Below the pieces are notes generated by a model. That model had not been told where the DNA came from, ran no database searches, and saw only the letters and a list, made by a program, of their open reading frames with translations. This document shows positions 20,125-30,865 of a stretch of 64,000 bases of DNA, piece after piece; position 1 is the first letter of the stretch, and every line of letters starts with the position of its first letter. The translations under genes were made by a program, and so were the position numbers. Source of the DNA: Gammaproteobacteria bacterium (GTDB taxonomy: Bacteria; Pseudomonadota; Gammaproteobacteria; Natronospirales; JAIVGZ01); contig JBBEAN010000015.1 in NCBI GenBank assembly GCA_040882865.1, forward strand, positions 40,779 through 104,778. The letters run 5' to 3'.

Positions 20125-21062
20125 GCCGCACGCTGATTGTTGCCGAGCACGACAAGGGCGCCCTGAACGTGTCGACCGCGCGCGCCGTCGCCTGCGCGAC
20201 CGCGCTCGGCTTCGACATCGATATCGTCGTGTTCAGCGACGATGGCGCGGCCGTCGCGAAAGCTGCCGCGGCACTCGTCGGCGTCACGCGGGTGCTCAAC
20301 GCGGACGCGCCACACAATGCACACGCGCCTGCGGCGGTCCTCGCGCCACAGATCGTCGCGCTCGCGAAGGACTACAGCCATGTCCTCGCACCGGCGACGA
20401 CGTTCGGGCGCGACCTCATGCCGCGCGTAGCCGCGCTGCTCGGTGCGCCGCAGGTCACCGATGTGATGGAAGTCGTGGATGCGCGCACGTTCAAGCGGCC
20501 GGTGTATGCGGGCAATGTGATCGCGACCGTGCGAGCACCCGATGGCTGTCCCGTCGTCGCGACCGTGCGCGGCGCTTCGTGGCCCGCGGTCGATGAAGGT
20601 GGCGGCGCGCCGGTGGAGGCAATCACGGTCGACGCCGATGTACCCACGCATACGCGCTTCCAGGGCCTCAAAGGCGCCGGCGACGACAAGGTGGACTTGC
20701 AGTCGGCGGCGCGCGTCGTCGCGGGCGGTCGTGGCGTCGGCAGCAAGGAAAACTTCGAGCTCATCGCGAAATTCGCGGAGCGCATCGGCGCGGCCGTCGG
20801 CGCGTCGCGCGCGGCGGTCGACGCCGGGTTCGTGCCGAACGACTGCCAAGTCGGGCAAACCGGAAAAATCATCGCGCCTGAGCTTTACATCGCGGTCGGT
20901 ATCAGCGGCGCCATCCAGCATCTGACCGGCATCAAGGACGCGCGGACGATCGTCGCAATCAACAAGGACCCGGACGCGCCGATTTTTGAGGTGGCGGACC
21001 TGGGACTCGTCGGGGACCTCTTCAAGATACTGCCGGAGCTCGAGCAGGCGCTGGATGGCTGA
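20121..21062 (+). CDS. etfA: electron transfer flavoprotein alpha subunit
   Basis: 313 aa. FAD-binding C-terminal motif ([17 protein letters not shown]). ATGA overlap with etfB. Confidence 0.9.
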   Translation: MSRTLIVAEHDKGALNVSTARAVACATALGFDIDIVVFSDDGAAVAKAAAALVGVTRVLNADAPHNAHAPAAVLAPQIVALAKDYSHVLAPATTFGRDLMPRVAALLGAPQVTDVMEVVDARTFKRPVYAGNVIATVRAPDGCPVVATVRGASWPAVDEGGGAPVEAITVDADVPTHTRFQGLKGAGDDKVDLQSAARVVAGGRGVGSKENFELIAKFAERIGAAVGASRAAVDAGFVPNDCQVGQTGKIIAPELYIAVGISGAIQHLTGIKDARTIVAINKDPDAPIFEVADLGLVGDLFKILPELEQALDG

Positions 21063-23004
21063 CGCCGCCTGGCAACCACCTCAGACGCGTGCCGCTGCAT
21101 CCAACATGCAGCGGTTTTTAGAACACGTGCGCGATGAGTACGCGCCGGAAGTCGCGAACTACGCCGGTCTTTGGCGCTGGTCCACCGCCAATCCAGAACG
21201 CTTCTGGCCGGCGGTGTGGGCGCACTGCGGCGTCGTCGCGTCGACGACATGGTCGCGCGTGCTCGACAAGCCGGAGGCGATGCCCGGGGCGCGCTGGTTT
21301 CCCGGCGCGAGGCTGAATTTCGCCGAGAATCTCCTGCGTTACCGCGATGACCGCTCCGCGCTCATCTTCGTCGGCGAGAACGGTGAGCGACGTGAACTCA
21401 CCTACGCGCAACTTTACCGCGAGGTCGCGCGCGTTGCCGCAGGACTGCGCGGCGCCGGCGTGGTTGCGGGCGACCGCGTCGCAGGCTTTCTCCCGAACCG
21501 CCCCGAAACAGTGATCGCGATGCTCGCGACCACCAGCATCGGCGCGATCTGGTCGTCGTGCTCCCCTGACTTCGGCGCGAACGGCGTGCTGGACCGCTTC
21601 GGACAGATCGAGCCACGCGTACTGTTCACCACGGATGGTTATTTCTACAACGGCAAGAAAATCGATTCGTTGCCACGAATCTCGGAAGTGGTGGCTGAAC
21701 TTCCATCCGTGCGTCGCGTCGTCGTGGTCCCGTACGCCGACCCCCAACCGGACACCACCGCCATCCGGGACTCGGTCGCCTGGGCGGGGTTCGGCGACAC
21801 ATCGGTCGAACTCGTGTTCGAGCAGCTGCCTTTCGACCACCCTGTTTATGTCATGTACTCATCCGGTACGACCGGCGCGCCGAAGTGCATCGTCCACGGC
21901 GCGGGTGGCACGCTGTTGCAACACTTGAAAGAACTCGCCCTGCATACGGACCTGAAGCGAAACGACCGAATCTTTTACTTCACGACCTGCGGCTGGATGA
22001 TGTGGAACTGGCTTGTGAGCAGCCTCGCGGTCGGCGCGACGGTGGTTTTGTACGACGGCTCGCCGATGTTCCCCGATGCCGACGCGATGTGGCGCCTGCT
22101 CGCCGACGAACGCGTGAGCGTGTTTGGAACGAGCGCCAAGTATCTCGCCGCCGTCGACAAGGCCGGCGTGCGCCCTGGTGCGGACCACGACCTCGCGGCG
22201 CTTCGAACCATTCTATCGACGGGTTCGCCGCTCGCGCCGGAGAGTTATGATTGGGTCTATCGCGAAGTGAAGGCCGACCTGCTGCTTGCGTCCATTTCCG
22301 GCGGCACTGACATCATCTCGTGTTTTGCGCTCGGCAACCCCCTGCTCCCTGTCTATCGCGGCGAACTCCAGTGCCGTGGGCTCGGCATGGCAGTCGCGGT
22401 GTTCGACGACGCCGGCCGACCGGTCGTCGGCACGAAAGGCGAGCTGGTGTGCACGCAGCCGTTTCCGTCGATGCCGGTCGGCTTTTGGAACGACCCCGAC
22501 GGGCGCAAGTACCACGCCGCGTACTTCGACCGCTTCCCGGGCGTCTGGTGCCACGGCGACTACGCCGAACTCACCGAGCACGGCGGGGTCGTCATCCACG
22601 GTCGCTCCGACGCCGTGCTGAATCCGGGTGGTGTGCGCATCGGCACCGCCGAAATCTACCGCCAGGTCGAGAAGCTACCGGAAATCCTCGAGTCGCTTGC
22701 GGTCGGGCAACGCTGGGGCGACGACGTGCGCGTGGTGCTGTTCGTGCGCCTGCGGGATGGCGTGGCGCTTGATGACGCGCTGCGGCAGCGCGTGCGGGAC
22801 GTGATTCGCAAGAACACGACGCCCCGGCACGTGCCGGCGAAAATCGTCGCGGTCCCGGACATTCCTCGCACCATCAGTGGCAAGATCGTCGAGCTCGCGG
22901 TGCGTAATGCGATCCACGGCGAACCGGTCCAGAACACCGACGCGCTGGCGAATCCGCAGGCGCTCACCCACTTCCGCGATTTGCCCGAGCTCCACACCGA
23001 TTGA
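21055..23004 (+). CDS. aacS: acetoacetyl-CoA synthetase (acetoacetate-CoA ligase)
   Basis: Start moved to ATG 21055 ([10 protein letters not shown]..), overlapping the etfA stop. AMP-binding motif [11 protein letters not shown]-terminal ..FWPAVW.. is typical of AACS. Confidence 0.85.
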   Translation: MADAAWQPPQTRAAASNMQRFLEHVRDEYAPEVANYAGLWRWSTANPERFWPAVWAHCGVVASTTWSRVLDKPEAMPGARWFPGARLNFAENLLRYRDDRSALIFVGENGERRELTYAQLYREVARVAAGLRGAGVVAGDRVAGFLPNRPETVIAMLATTSIGAIWSSCSPDFGANGVLDRFGQIEPRVLFTTDGYFYNGKKIDSLPRISEVVAELPSVRRVVVVPYADPQPDTTAIRDSVAWAGFGDTSVELVFEQLPFDHPVYVMYSSGTTGAPKCIVHGAGGTLLQHLKELALHTDLKRNDRIFYFTTCGWMMWNWLVSSLAVGATVVLYDGSPMFPDADAMWRLLADERVSVFGTSAKYLAAVDKAGVRPGADHDLAALRTILSTGSPLAPESYDWVYREVKADLLLASISGGTDIISCFALGNPLLPVYRGELQCRGLGMAVAVFDDAGRPVVGTKGELVCTQPFPSMPVGFWNDPDGRKYHAAYFDRFPGVWCHGDYAELTEHGGVVIHGRSDAVLNPGGVRIGTAEIYRQVEKLPEILESLAVGQRWGDDVRVVLFVRLRDGVALDDALRQRVRDVIRKNTTPRHVPAKIVAVPDIPRTISGKIVELAVRNAIHGEPVQNTDALANPQALTHFRDLPELHTD

Positions 23005-24089
23005 GCGTCATCGATGCCTACCGCGCAGCGCTCGCGGACGGCACACACGAAGCGGACCCCTCGCAGGCCGATGCCGCGCAGGCGCTCGCAGATCTTGAGG
23101 CGCGATTGCTCAAGGACCGAGTGTGGGAGCGGCGCCTTCGCGCCGCGATTGGCCTCGGACGCCATCAAAGCCCGGTCGAAGGCCTTTATCTTTGGGGCGG
23201 CGTCGGCCGAGGCAAGACCTGGCTCATGGATTTGTTTTTTACGAACCTGCCGATCGCCGACAAGCGGCGCGTCCATTTCCATCGCTTCCTGCGGGAAATC
23301 CATCGCGCCTTGAGACGCCTCGGCGAGCGCCGTGACCCACTCCAGCGGATCGCCGCGGACATCGCAGCCGATACGCGCGTTCTTTGCTTCGATGAATTGT
23401 TCGTCTCGGACATCGGCGACGCGATGATTCTCGGCACGCTGTTCGAGGCGCTGTTCGAGCGCGGAGTCACGGTGGTCGCGACATCGAACTTGCCGCCATC
23501 AGAGCTCTACCGCGACGGGTTGCAGCGCGCACGGTTCCTGCCCGCTATCGCCGCAATCGAGCGCCACATGCGCGTGTTCGAGTTGACGGCCGGCACGGAT
23601 TTCAGGTTGCGCGCGCTCAGCCAGGCCGCGCTGTACCGGCATCCGGCCGGTGAGACCGCTGACGCCAGCTTGGCGGAGGACTTTCGCCGCGTCGCGGGCA
23701 CCCATGGCGAAGCGGACTGCTCGCTTGACGTCGAAGGCCGGACCCTCCCGACGCGCCGCTGCGCGGACGGCGTCGTCTGGTTCACCTTCGACGCGCTGTG
23801 CAGCGGCCCGAGGGGGCCGTCGGACTACATCGAGATTGCCCACGATTTCCATACCGTGCTCGTGTCCGGCGTGCCGAGGATGGACGAGACGATGGAAAAC
23901 GAGGCGCGACGCTTCGTCACCCTGGTGGACGAGTTCTACGACCGGCGCGTCAAGCTCATTTTGAGTGCGACCGTGCCGCTGCTTGAGCTGTATGGCGGGG
24001 ACCGGCTACGCTTCGAGTTTCAGCGGACCACGAGCCGCCTGCAAGAAATGCAGACACACGACTACCTTGGGGAGCCGCATCTTGGCTAG
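23001..24089 (+). CDS. zapE: AFG1/ZapE-family ATPase
   Basis: TTG start overlapping the aacS stop. Walker A GLYLWGGVGRGKTWLMD and Walker B VLCFDELFVSD. C-terminal ..RLQEMQTHDYL. Confidence 0.85.
   Translation: MSVIDAYRAALADGTHEADPSQADAAQALADLEARLLKDRVWERRLRAAIGLGRHQSPVEGLYLWGGVGRGKTWLMDLFFTNLPIADKRRVHFHRFLREIHRALRRLGERRDPLQRIAADIAADTRVLCFDELFVSDIGDAMILGTLFEALFERGVTVVATSNLPPSELYRDGLQRARFLPAIAAIERHMRVFELTAGTDFRLRALSQAALYRHPAGETADASLAEDFRRVAGTHGEADCSLDVEGRTLPTRRCADGVVWFTFDALCSGPRGPSDYIEIAHDFHTVLVSGVPRMDETMENEARRFVTLVDEFYDRRVKLILSATVPLLELYGGDRLRFEFQRTTSRLQEMQTHDYLGEPHLG
23123..23150 (+). repeat. REP-like element embedded in frame in zapE (sense strand)
   Basis: GTGGGAGCGGCGC-CTTC-GCGCCGCGATT. 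Encodes ..WERRLRAAIG.. in the variable linker just before the Walker A motif. Confidence 0.65.
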
Positions 24090-24111
24090 GCCGACGCAAA
24101 CCATCCAGGCG

Positions 24112-24738
24112 ATGTTCGCGACACCGTTCGTGCAGGTGCAGATGCCCGACGCCGCGCCGCTGCTCGCGGAGCTGCGCGCGCTGTTCCTCGCGCGCGAGAC
24201 CGACGAGTACCGCTACCCGCTCGAGCGCGCGACGCAACGCGGCGTGTATGAAAGCCGTTTTGACTTGTTCAAATGGGACGACGCGCCGGTGAAGAAGATG
24301 GTCGCGTTCTGTCATGGCACCCTGTCGAGCGTCGTGATGCGAATCAACCAATATACGGAAGCCGAGATGGACAAACTCGACTTCCATTACGAAGCTTGGT
24401 TCCACGTGACACGGACCGGCGGCTTCCAGGGTCTTCACATCCATCCAAACGCATCGTGGTCAGGGATAATCTGCGTTGACCCGGGCGATTCACCGGAAGA
24501 CGCCGATTACAGCGGCGTGGTTCGATACCACGATCCGCGACTTCACATCACCATGCATGAAGACGCCGGCAACCGGCAGCTGGTGCCGCCGTTCACGACC
24601 GGCGGCTATGACGTCCGGCATGCGCCCGGTCAATTGATCGTCATGCCCTCCTACCTGCACCACGAGATCTTTCCGTATATGGGCAAGCGTCCGCGTATCG
24701 TCGTCGCATTCAACTGCGCCATCACGCGCAAGCCCTGA
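24112..24738 (+). CDS. putative 2OG-Fe(II) oxygenase family protein (TIGR02466/PF13759-like, recalled)
   Basis: Start moved to ATG 24112 (MFATPFVQVQ..). Motifs HIHPNASWSG and PSYLHHEIFP. Confidence 0.6.
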   Translation: MFATPFVQVQMPDAAPLLAELRALFLARETDEYRYPLERATQRGVYESRFDLFKWDDAPVKKMVAFCHGTLSSVVMRINQYTEAEMDKLDFHYEAWFHVTRTGGFQGLHIHPNASWSGIICVDPGDSPEDADYSGVVRYHDPRLHITMHEDAGNRQLVPPFTTGGYDVRHAPGQLIVMPSYLHHEIFPYMGKRPRIVVAFNCAITRKP

Positions 24739-24740
24739 GC

Positions 24741-26003
24741 TCATTGGACGCCGCGTAACCGGGTCGCGTGCGCGACGCGCTGGACCGCGACGATGAAGGC
24801 GGCCTCCCGCAGGCTGCATCCGTGCGTCAGGGATGCTTCGTGGACCACGCTGAATGCCTTGCGCATCAAGCCATCGAGTCGGCGCCGAGTCTCGTCAAGC
24901 CCCCAGTGCATGTACTGCATGTTCTGCACCCATTCGTAATACGAGCAGGCGACGCCACCCGCGTTAGCGAGAATATCGGGCACAACGAGTACGCCGCGGT
25001 CACACAGAATGCGATCGCCGCCCGGCGTCGTCGGCATGTTCGCCCCCTCGACGACGAGCCCAGCACGGACCGCATCCGCATTGTCCGCCGTGATGACCTC
25101 GCCGATCGCTGCAGGAATGAGGACGTCGCAATCGAGTGCGAGCAGCTCGGCGTTGGTGATGATGGAAAGCTCGCCATCGCGGCGCGAAGCGCCGCTCCCA
25201 CGACCATAGTCAGACAGAGTGCCACCTTCCGCGACGTGCAGGCGCAATGCCGTCACGTCGATACCGTCGCCCCGCAACACCCCGCCGTAGGCATCGGACA
25301 CCGCGATGACCCGTGCGCCCGCATCGTGCATGAACTGCGCGGCGTGCGTGCCGACGTTACCGAATCCCTGAACCGCGACGGTCGCACCGCGAATCGGCTT
25401 ATCTTGGAGTTTGAGCGCTTCCTCGGCGGTGACCCAGCAACCCCGGCCGGTGGCTTCGTTGCGCCCCGGTGCGCCGAACAGCTCGACCGGTTTGCCGGTC
25501 ACCACGCCCGGGCTGAACTTATGGAATTTTTCGTACTCGCTCATGATCCACGCCATTTCGCGCGGACCCGTGTTCATGTCGGGCGCCGGGATGTCGCTTG
25601 TCGGCCCGATGATTTGGTGGATGGACTGCACATACTTGCGCGTGATGCGCTCGAGCTCGCCGTCGCTGTATTGCGTCGGGTCGATGCGTATACCCCCCTT
25701 CGCGCCGCCGAATGGCACGTCGACGACGGCGGTCTTCCAGGTCATCAGCGACGCGAGCGCCAGCGCATGGTCTGCGTCCAGGTCGGGATGGAAACGCAGG
25801 CCACCCTTGTAGGGTCCTCGCATGTTGTTGTGCTGGACCCTGAATCCGCTGAACGTGACCGCTTCGCCGGAGTCGCACTCGATTTGTATCGAAACCTGGA
25901 CCTCGCGCTGCGGCGCGAGCAGGATCTCACGCATGTTGGACGGGACCTCGAGGGTCGTCATCGCGCGATTCAGGAACTCGTTCGTTGCGCCGATGGCCGT
26001 CAT
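24741..26003 (-). CDS. gdhA: glutamate dehydrogenase (Glu/Leu/Phe/Val dehydrogenase family, ~420 aa type)
   Basis: Motif PYKGGLRFHP..VPFGGAKGGI. ATGA overlap with nudC. Confidence 0.85.
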   Translation of the reverse strand: MTAIGATNEFLNRAMTTLEVPSNMREILLAPQREVQVSIQIECDSGEAVTFSGFRVQHNNMRGPYKGGLRFHPDLDADHALALASLMTWKTAVVDVPFGGAKGGIRIDPTQYSDGELERITRKYVQSIHQIIGPTSDIPAPDMNTGPREMAWIMSEYEKFHKFSPGVVTGKPVELFGAPGRNEATGRGCWVTAEEALKLQDKPIRGATVAVQGFGNVGTHAAQFMHDAGARVIAVSDAYGGVLRGDGIDVTALRLHVAEGGTLSDYGRGSGASRRDGELSIITNAELLALDCDVLIPAAIGEVITADNADAVRAGLVVEGANMPTTPGGDRILCDRGVLVVPDILANAGGVACSYYEWVQNMQYMHWGLDETRRRLDGLMRKAFSVVHEASLTHGCSLREAAFIVAVQRVAHATRLRGVQ

Positions 26004-26827
26004 GACGCTTGCCTCCGCACCGCGAAGAACGTGTCGATCAGCCGCCGAGCGATGCTGAGGTTGGACGGGATACGCGCAGGCAGCGCGTCAGACGTGAACC
26101 AGCCCGCGTCGAGAATCTCGACGCCGTCGGGTGAAAGGTCCCCGGACTTCCACGCCGCCGTGAACCCGACCATCAGCGAATGCGGGAACGGCCAGGGTTG
26201 GTTGCCGAAATAGCGGATATCTGACACTTCGATTCCAACCTCCTCGTGCACCTCTCGGGCAACGCATTCTTCGAGCGTCTCGCCGGGCTCGACGAATCCT
26301 GCGAGTACGCTGTACATGTTCTCGGTGTGATGGGCCGCGTGAGCGAGCAGGCACGCGTCCCCCTTGTGTACGAGCATGATGACCGCGGGCGATACACGTG
26401 GGAACGCGGCATACCCGCAAGCGCCGCACGCGCGCGACCAGTTGTCCGGGTGGCGCGCAGTTCGATCGCCGCAGCGGCCGCAGAATTGATGACTACGATC
26501 CCACTCCGCATACTGGAGCGCCCGTCCCGCGACCATCAGTGCATCGTCATCGAGCTCGCCCAACACACCGCGCAAGCCCGCCATCTCCCAACCGTCCGAG
26601 AGCGTGCCCTCGACGGGCTGCGCGAGGACGAAGCAGCCTGCACGCCCATGGTGACCGAAGCAGAACGGATCGTTCGGTGCGATTCCGAGCATGGGGAGGT
26701 CCGCGAAGCGCGGCAAGGTCGCTCGACCGCCGTGGCGCCGAACCAGCAGCTTGCCCTCGCTGCACACGAAACACAGCGCGCCCGCGTCCGTCAGGGGCTC
26801 CCCGTGTATACAGGCCTGGAACGTCAC
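26000..26827 (-). CDS. nudC: NADH pyrophosphatase (Nudix, NudC type)
   Basis: Zinc ribbon CGRCGDRT..CGACG. Nudix box GFVEPGETLEECVAREVHEEVG. GTG start in a GTGA overlap with fadE. Confidence 0.8.
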   Translation of the reverse strand: MTFQACIHGEPLTDAGALCFVCSEGKLLVRRHGGRATLPRFADLPMLGIAPNDPFCFGHHGRAGCFVLAQPVEGTLSDGWEMAGLRGVLGELDDDALMVAGRALQYAEWDRSHQFCGRCGDRTARHPDNWSRACGACGYAAFPRVSPAVIMLVHKGDACLLAHAAHHTENMYSVLAGFVEPGETLEECVAREVHEEVGIEVSDIRYFGNQPWPFPHSLMVGFTAAWKSGDLSPDGVEILDAGWFTSDALPARIPSNLSIARRLIDTFFAVRRQAS

Positions 26828-29232
26828 AACGACTCGAAATCGTCGACCGCGAGCGCCTCACGCCGCGCCAAGTCGGCATCCTGCAGACGCGCCGCGTCAT
26901 CTGCTGTAATCGCGCCCGCCGTGACCGCGGATTCGACCTGTTCCGCGAGCGTACGGCCCGATGCGACCTTCATTTTTACCGCGTCCGCAAGTGTGCGACG
27001 CGCGGCCTCTGTCTGACACAACTGGTTCAACGCATCTTCGAGGCGGCCGAGATGCTCGCGCGTCGAGCGCGGCAGATACAAGCCCGCCGTAAGGCGGTCG
27101 CGCGTCGACGACGGCGCGAGCAGGATACGCGCGATTTCGTGGTCGAGCCCATCCGACGGCCTGCGAAAATCGAGGCCCCATGGGAACACGAACCAGCGCA
27201 ACACCGCTGCGAGCCATGGCGGCTCCATGTTGTCGAACAATTCGGTGAACGCGCGCTCGGCGCGGTGCAGCGCGTCTTCGCACGCCCAAGCCACGAGCGG
27301 CAGGTCACCGGCCGGCGCACCGCTCGCGTCGAAATGCTTCAGCGCCGCGGACGCGATGTAGAGCTGGCTCACGATGTCAGCCATGCGCGCCGACAACCGC
27401 TCACGCCGCTTCAGCTCGCCTCGCAGTGTCAGCAGCAACAAATCCGCGGTCACCGAGAATGCCGCGCTGAGACGCGTCAACTGCCGGTAGTAGCGTGCGA
27501 CGGGGCCCGCACGCGGCGCGCGCGCGAGCGCGCCACCGGTCAAGCCGAGTAATACGGTGCGTACCCCGTTGCTCATGGACAACCCAATGTGGGAGGTAAC
27601 GGCGCGGTCGAACGTTGCGGCGCCCCGCCCTCGATCCGTGTCGTTCGCCGCGTTCAGTTCCGCGAGCAGATAGGGATGGCAGCGAATCGCGCCCTGGCCG
27701 AACGTCATCATGCTGCGTGTGAGGATGTTCGCGCCCTCAACAGTCACCGCAACCGGTGGAAACTGGTGCAGCAGCCCTACGACGTTGCGCGGGCCGAGGC
27801 ACACACCGGCGCCGCCGTGCACATCGAGTGCGTCGGCGATGACCTGACGCGCACGCTCGGTCATGTTGTACTTCATGATTGCGGAAATTACCGGCGGCTT
27901 CTTGCCATCGTCGAGCGCCGCGAGCGTCACGCGCCGCGCGGCATCCATCGCGTAGGTATTGCCCGCTATGCGTGCGAGCGCCTCTTGCACGCCCTCAAAG
28001 TAGCCGATCGGCGTCCTGAACTGGCTGCGGATGCGAGCGTACGCGCCGGTCGCGCGCGCGGAAACCTTCGCGGCCGCCGTCGACAACGCGGGCAGCGAAA
28101 TCGATCGTCCATCGGTCAGGCACTCGATCAACATCCGCCAGCCCTGCCCCGCATACTCCACTCCACCAATGAGTGCGTCGAGTGGCACGAACACGTCGTG
28201 TCCGCGCACGGGGCCGTTCATGAACGACATGTGCATCGGATTGTGGCGACGACCGGTCTCGACGCCCGGCGTGGAGACGGGAACGAGCGCCAGCGTGATG
28301 CCGAGTTCGCTTCGCCCTGTATCCAGGAGACCGTCGGGGTCAATCAGCTTGAAAGCGAGACCGAGCACGGTCGCGACCGGGCCGAGCGTGATGTAGCGCT
28401 TGTCGAAGTCCAGCCGGACACCGAGCACGCCGTCTCGCTCACAGACGATGCCGGTGTCGGGAATCGCCCCGGCATCGGACCCCGCCTCGGGCCCGGTCAG
28501 CGCGAAGCACGGAATCTCGTCACCGGCCGCGAGCCGCGGCAGCCAGTATCGCTTTTGCTCGTCGGTGCCGTATTTGAGCAACAACTTGCCGGGCCCGACG
28601 GAGTTCGGAATCATGACCGTCAGCGCACCGCTGATGCTGCGCGTCGCGAGTTTCATGATCACCGACGCATGGCCGGTCTGCGAGAACCCCTTGCCGCCGT
28701 ACTCCGGCGGAATCACCATGCCGAAGAAGCCCTGCTCTTTCACGAACGACCACGCCTGCGGCGGGATGTCGTGCCGGACGTGGTTGTCGCGCCAGTCATC
28801 GAGCATCGCGCAGAGCTGCTCGGTCGGGCCTTCGAGGAACGCGCGTTCGGCTTCGCTAAGGGCGCGCGTCGGTGAATCGAGCAGCGTCCGCCACTGCGGA
28901 TTGCCGCTGAAAAGCTCCGCGTCCCACCACGTTGAGCCGGCCTCCAAGGCCTCGCGCTCGGTGCGCGAGAGGTCTGGCATCGACGCGCGGTAAAACGCGT
29001 ATAGGCGATCGGAGAACAGTCGGCGACGTAGCGTGGGAGCCCAGACGACGACGAGCGGAGCCGCGAAGGCGAACCAAACAAACGCCTTGATCCACCCGGC
29101 GGCGGGCGAGAGTTCCGAATAGACAAGCAGCACCGCGAGCAGTACGCCGGTCCACGCTGCCCGCGATGCGTGTACGTACGCGAGCGCCAGCAGCGCGAAC
29201 ACAAATACCAGCCACCACAGCAGCGCGATCAC
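26824..29232 (-). CDS. fadE: large membrane-anchored acyl-CoA dehydrogenase (FadE type)
   Basis: Start set to GTG 29232 (VIALLWWLVFVFALL.., hydrophobic N-terminus as in FadE), which forms a GTGA overlap with the maiA stop. The longer ORF to 29409 has an Arg-rich, non-protein-like extension. Confidence 0.85.
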   Translation of the reverse strand: MIALLWWLVFVFALLALAYVHASRAAWTGVLLAVLLVYSELSPAAGWIKAFVWFAFAAPLVVVWAPTLRRRLFSDRLYAFYRASMPDLSRTEREALEAGSTWWDAELFSGNPQWRTLLDSPTRALSEAERAFLEGPTEQLCAMLDDWRDNHVRHDIPPQAWSFVKEQGFFGMVIPPEYGGKGFSQTGHASVIMKLATRSISGALTVMIPNSVGPGKLLLKYGTDEQKRYWLPRLAAGDEIPCFALTGPEAGSDAGAIPDTGIVCERDGVLGVRLDFDKRYITLGPVATVLGLAFKLIDPDGLLDTGRSELGITLALVPVSTPGVETGRRHNPMHMSFMNGPVRGHDVFVPLDALIGGVEYAGQGWRMLIECLTDGRSISLPALSTAAAKVSARATGAYARIRSQFRTPIGYFEGVQEALARIAGNTYAMDAARRVTLAALDDGKKPPVISAIMKYNMTERARQVIADALDVHGGAGVCLGPRNVVGLLHQFPPVAVTVEGANILTRSMMTFGQGAIRCHPYLLAELNAANDTDRGRGAATFDRAVTSHIGLSMSNGVRTVLLGLTGGALARAPRAGPVARYYRQLTRLSAAFSVTADLLLLTLRGELKRRERLSARMADIVSQLYIASAALKHFDASGAPAGDLPLVAWACEDALHRAERAFTELFDNMEPPWLAAVLRWFVFPWGLDFRRPSDGLDHEIARILLAPSSTRDRLTAGLYLPRSTREHLGRLEDALNQLCQTEAARRTLADAVKMKVASGRTLAEQVESAVTAGAITADDAARLQDADLARREALAVDDFESL

Positions 29233-29879
29233 TCCGCGTCCGCCTGACGCTCGGGCGCCGCGTCCTGAAACGCCGAAAGCCCCGCGCAATGCGCGTCGAT
29301 GCGCACGAGCGTCGGGTATGCGTCCAAGTCGACAGCGAAGCGGCGTGCGTTGTACATCTGGGGCACGAGGCACAGATCCGCGAGCGTCGGCCGCTCGCCG
29401 TGACAGCACACGCCGGTCCGAGGGTCGCTGGCGAGCATCGCCTCAAGCGCCGCGAAGCCTGCGTGCATCCAGTGGTGCATCCACTCCCGCTTCACGGCAT
29501 CGTCCGCGCCGAAGCACGACGCGAGATATTGCTGCACGCGCAGGTTGTTCAAGGGGTGAATGTCACAGGCGATGATTTGCGCGAGCGCGCGCACCCGCGC
29601 GCGTCCCGCCGGTGAGCGCGGCAGCAGCGGCGGCTCCGGGTGCGTTTCGTCGAGGTACTCGATGATCGCGAGCGATTGCGCGATGGCCTCGTCGCCATCA
29701 GTGAGCAGTGGTACGAGGCCCTGCGGGTTCAATCGCCGGTACTGCTCGGCGTGTTGCTCGCCGCCGTCGCGTAACAGGTGGACCGGGACCGCCTCGTACG
29801 GCAGCGCCTTCAGCGCGAGTGCGATGCGCACGCGCCAGGCTGCCGTGCTACGGAAATACGTATGGAGCGCGATGCTCAT
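29229..29879 (-). CDS. maiA: maleylacetoacetate isomerase (GST zeta)
   Basis: 216 aa. YFRSTAAWRVRIAL..NPQGLVPLL. Confidence 0.85.
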   Translation of the reverse strand: MSIALHTYFRSTAAWRVRIALALKALPYEAVPVHLLRDGGEQHAEQYRRLNPQGLVPLLTDGDEAIAQSLAIIEYLDETHPEPPLLPRSPAGRARVRALAQIIACDIHPLNNLRVQQYLASCFGADDAVKREWMHHWMHAGFAALEAMLASDPRTGVCCHGERPTLADLCLVPQMYNARRFAVDLDAYPTLVRIDAHCAGLSAFQDAAPERQADAE

Positions 29880-30865
29880 TCCGGCTGGTACCGACGAACC
29901 TCCTGGTCGATCGCGCCGAAGATCGTTGCACCTTCATCATCGAACATCTCGATGCGCACGCGGTCGCCGAATTTCATGAACGGGGTCGTTGCCTCGCCGT
30001 CGCGGATGATCTCTAGCACACGCTTCTCGGCGAGGCACGACGCGCCGCGCGCTTCGTCCTGGTTCGCGATCGTGCCGGAGCCGACAATGGTGCCCGCAGC
30101 CAAGAATCGCGTCCTCGCCGCATGGGCGACGAGTTCGCCGAAGTCGAACTGCATGTCCTCGCCGCACTCGGGCTCGCCGAACAATTCATCGTTCAGGTGC
30201 GTGATGAGCGGTCGGTGAAGCTTGCCGTCGCGCCACGCGTCGCCGAGCTCATCCGGCGTCACCGCGACCGGCGAGAACGCGCTCGCCGGCTTGCTCTGCA
30301 GGAAGCCGAAGCCCTTCGCGAGCTCTGCGGGGATCAAATTTCGCAGCGAAACGTCATTCACGAGCATCACGAGTCGGATGTGGCCGAGCGCCGCATCCGG
30401 CGCCACAGCCATCGGTACGTCGTCGGTGACGATGGTGACTTCCGCTTCGAAGTCGATGCCATAAGCCTCATCGGCGGCCAGCACAGCGTCCCGTGGACCG
30501 ATGAACGTGTCGGAGCAGCCCTGATACATCAGCGGGTCGTGCTGGAAACTCGGCGGCATCTCGGCGCCACGCGCACGACGCACGCGCTCTACGTGCGGCA
30601 GGTAAGCCGAACCGTCGACCCATTGGTACGCGCGCGGCAGCGGCGCTGCGAGGTCAGCCTGGTCGAGTGCGAAGGCCCCGGCAGCCTTGCCGTCATTCAA
30701 TCGGTTGTAGATTTCCGCGAGGCGGGGGGACAACGACTCCCAGTTGTCGAGTACGACCTGCAGCGTCGGGGCGACGGTCGCCGCTACGACCGCGTGCGAC
30801 AGATCGCGCGACACCACAACCAAGGTGCCATCGCGGCCGCCCGCTTTCAGGGTTCCTAACTTCAT
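29876..30865 (-). CDS. fumarylacetoacetate hydrolase family protein (short bacterial type)
   Basis: Start moved to ATG 30865 (MKLGTLKAGGRDGTLVVV..), an ATGA overlap with the hmgA stop. Sits between hmgA and maiA. Confidence 0.8.
   Translation of the reverse strand: MKLGTLKAGGRDGTLVVVSRDLSHAVVAATVAPTLQVVLDNWESLSPRLAEIYNRLNDGKAAGAFALDQADLAAPLPRAYQWVDGSAYLPHVERVRRARGAEMPPSFQHDPLMYQGCSDTFIGPRDAVLAADEAYGIDFEAEVTIVTDDVPMAVAPDAALGHIRLVMLVNDVSLRNLIPAELAKGFGFLQSKPASAFSPVAVTPDELGDAWRDGKLHRPLITHLNDELFGEPECGEDMQFDFGELVAHAARTRFLAAGTIVGSGTIANQDEARGASCLAEKRVLEIIRDGEATTPFMKFGDRVRIEMFDDEGATIFGAIDQEVRRYQPE

Noticed and set aside
29233-29409. Upstream extension of fadE (and similar extensions of FAH 30866-31042, kynA 35963-36205, alaS, recA, csrA, M48, serine hydrolase).
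   Set aside because: Homology-consistent N-termini with SD sequences or 4-nt coupling overlaps start further in. The extensions overlap neighbouring genes or tRNAs.
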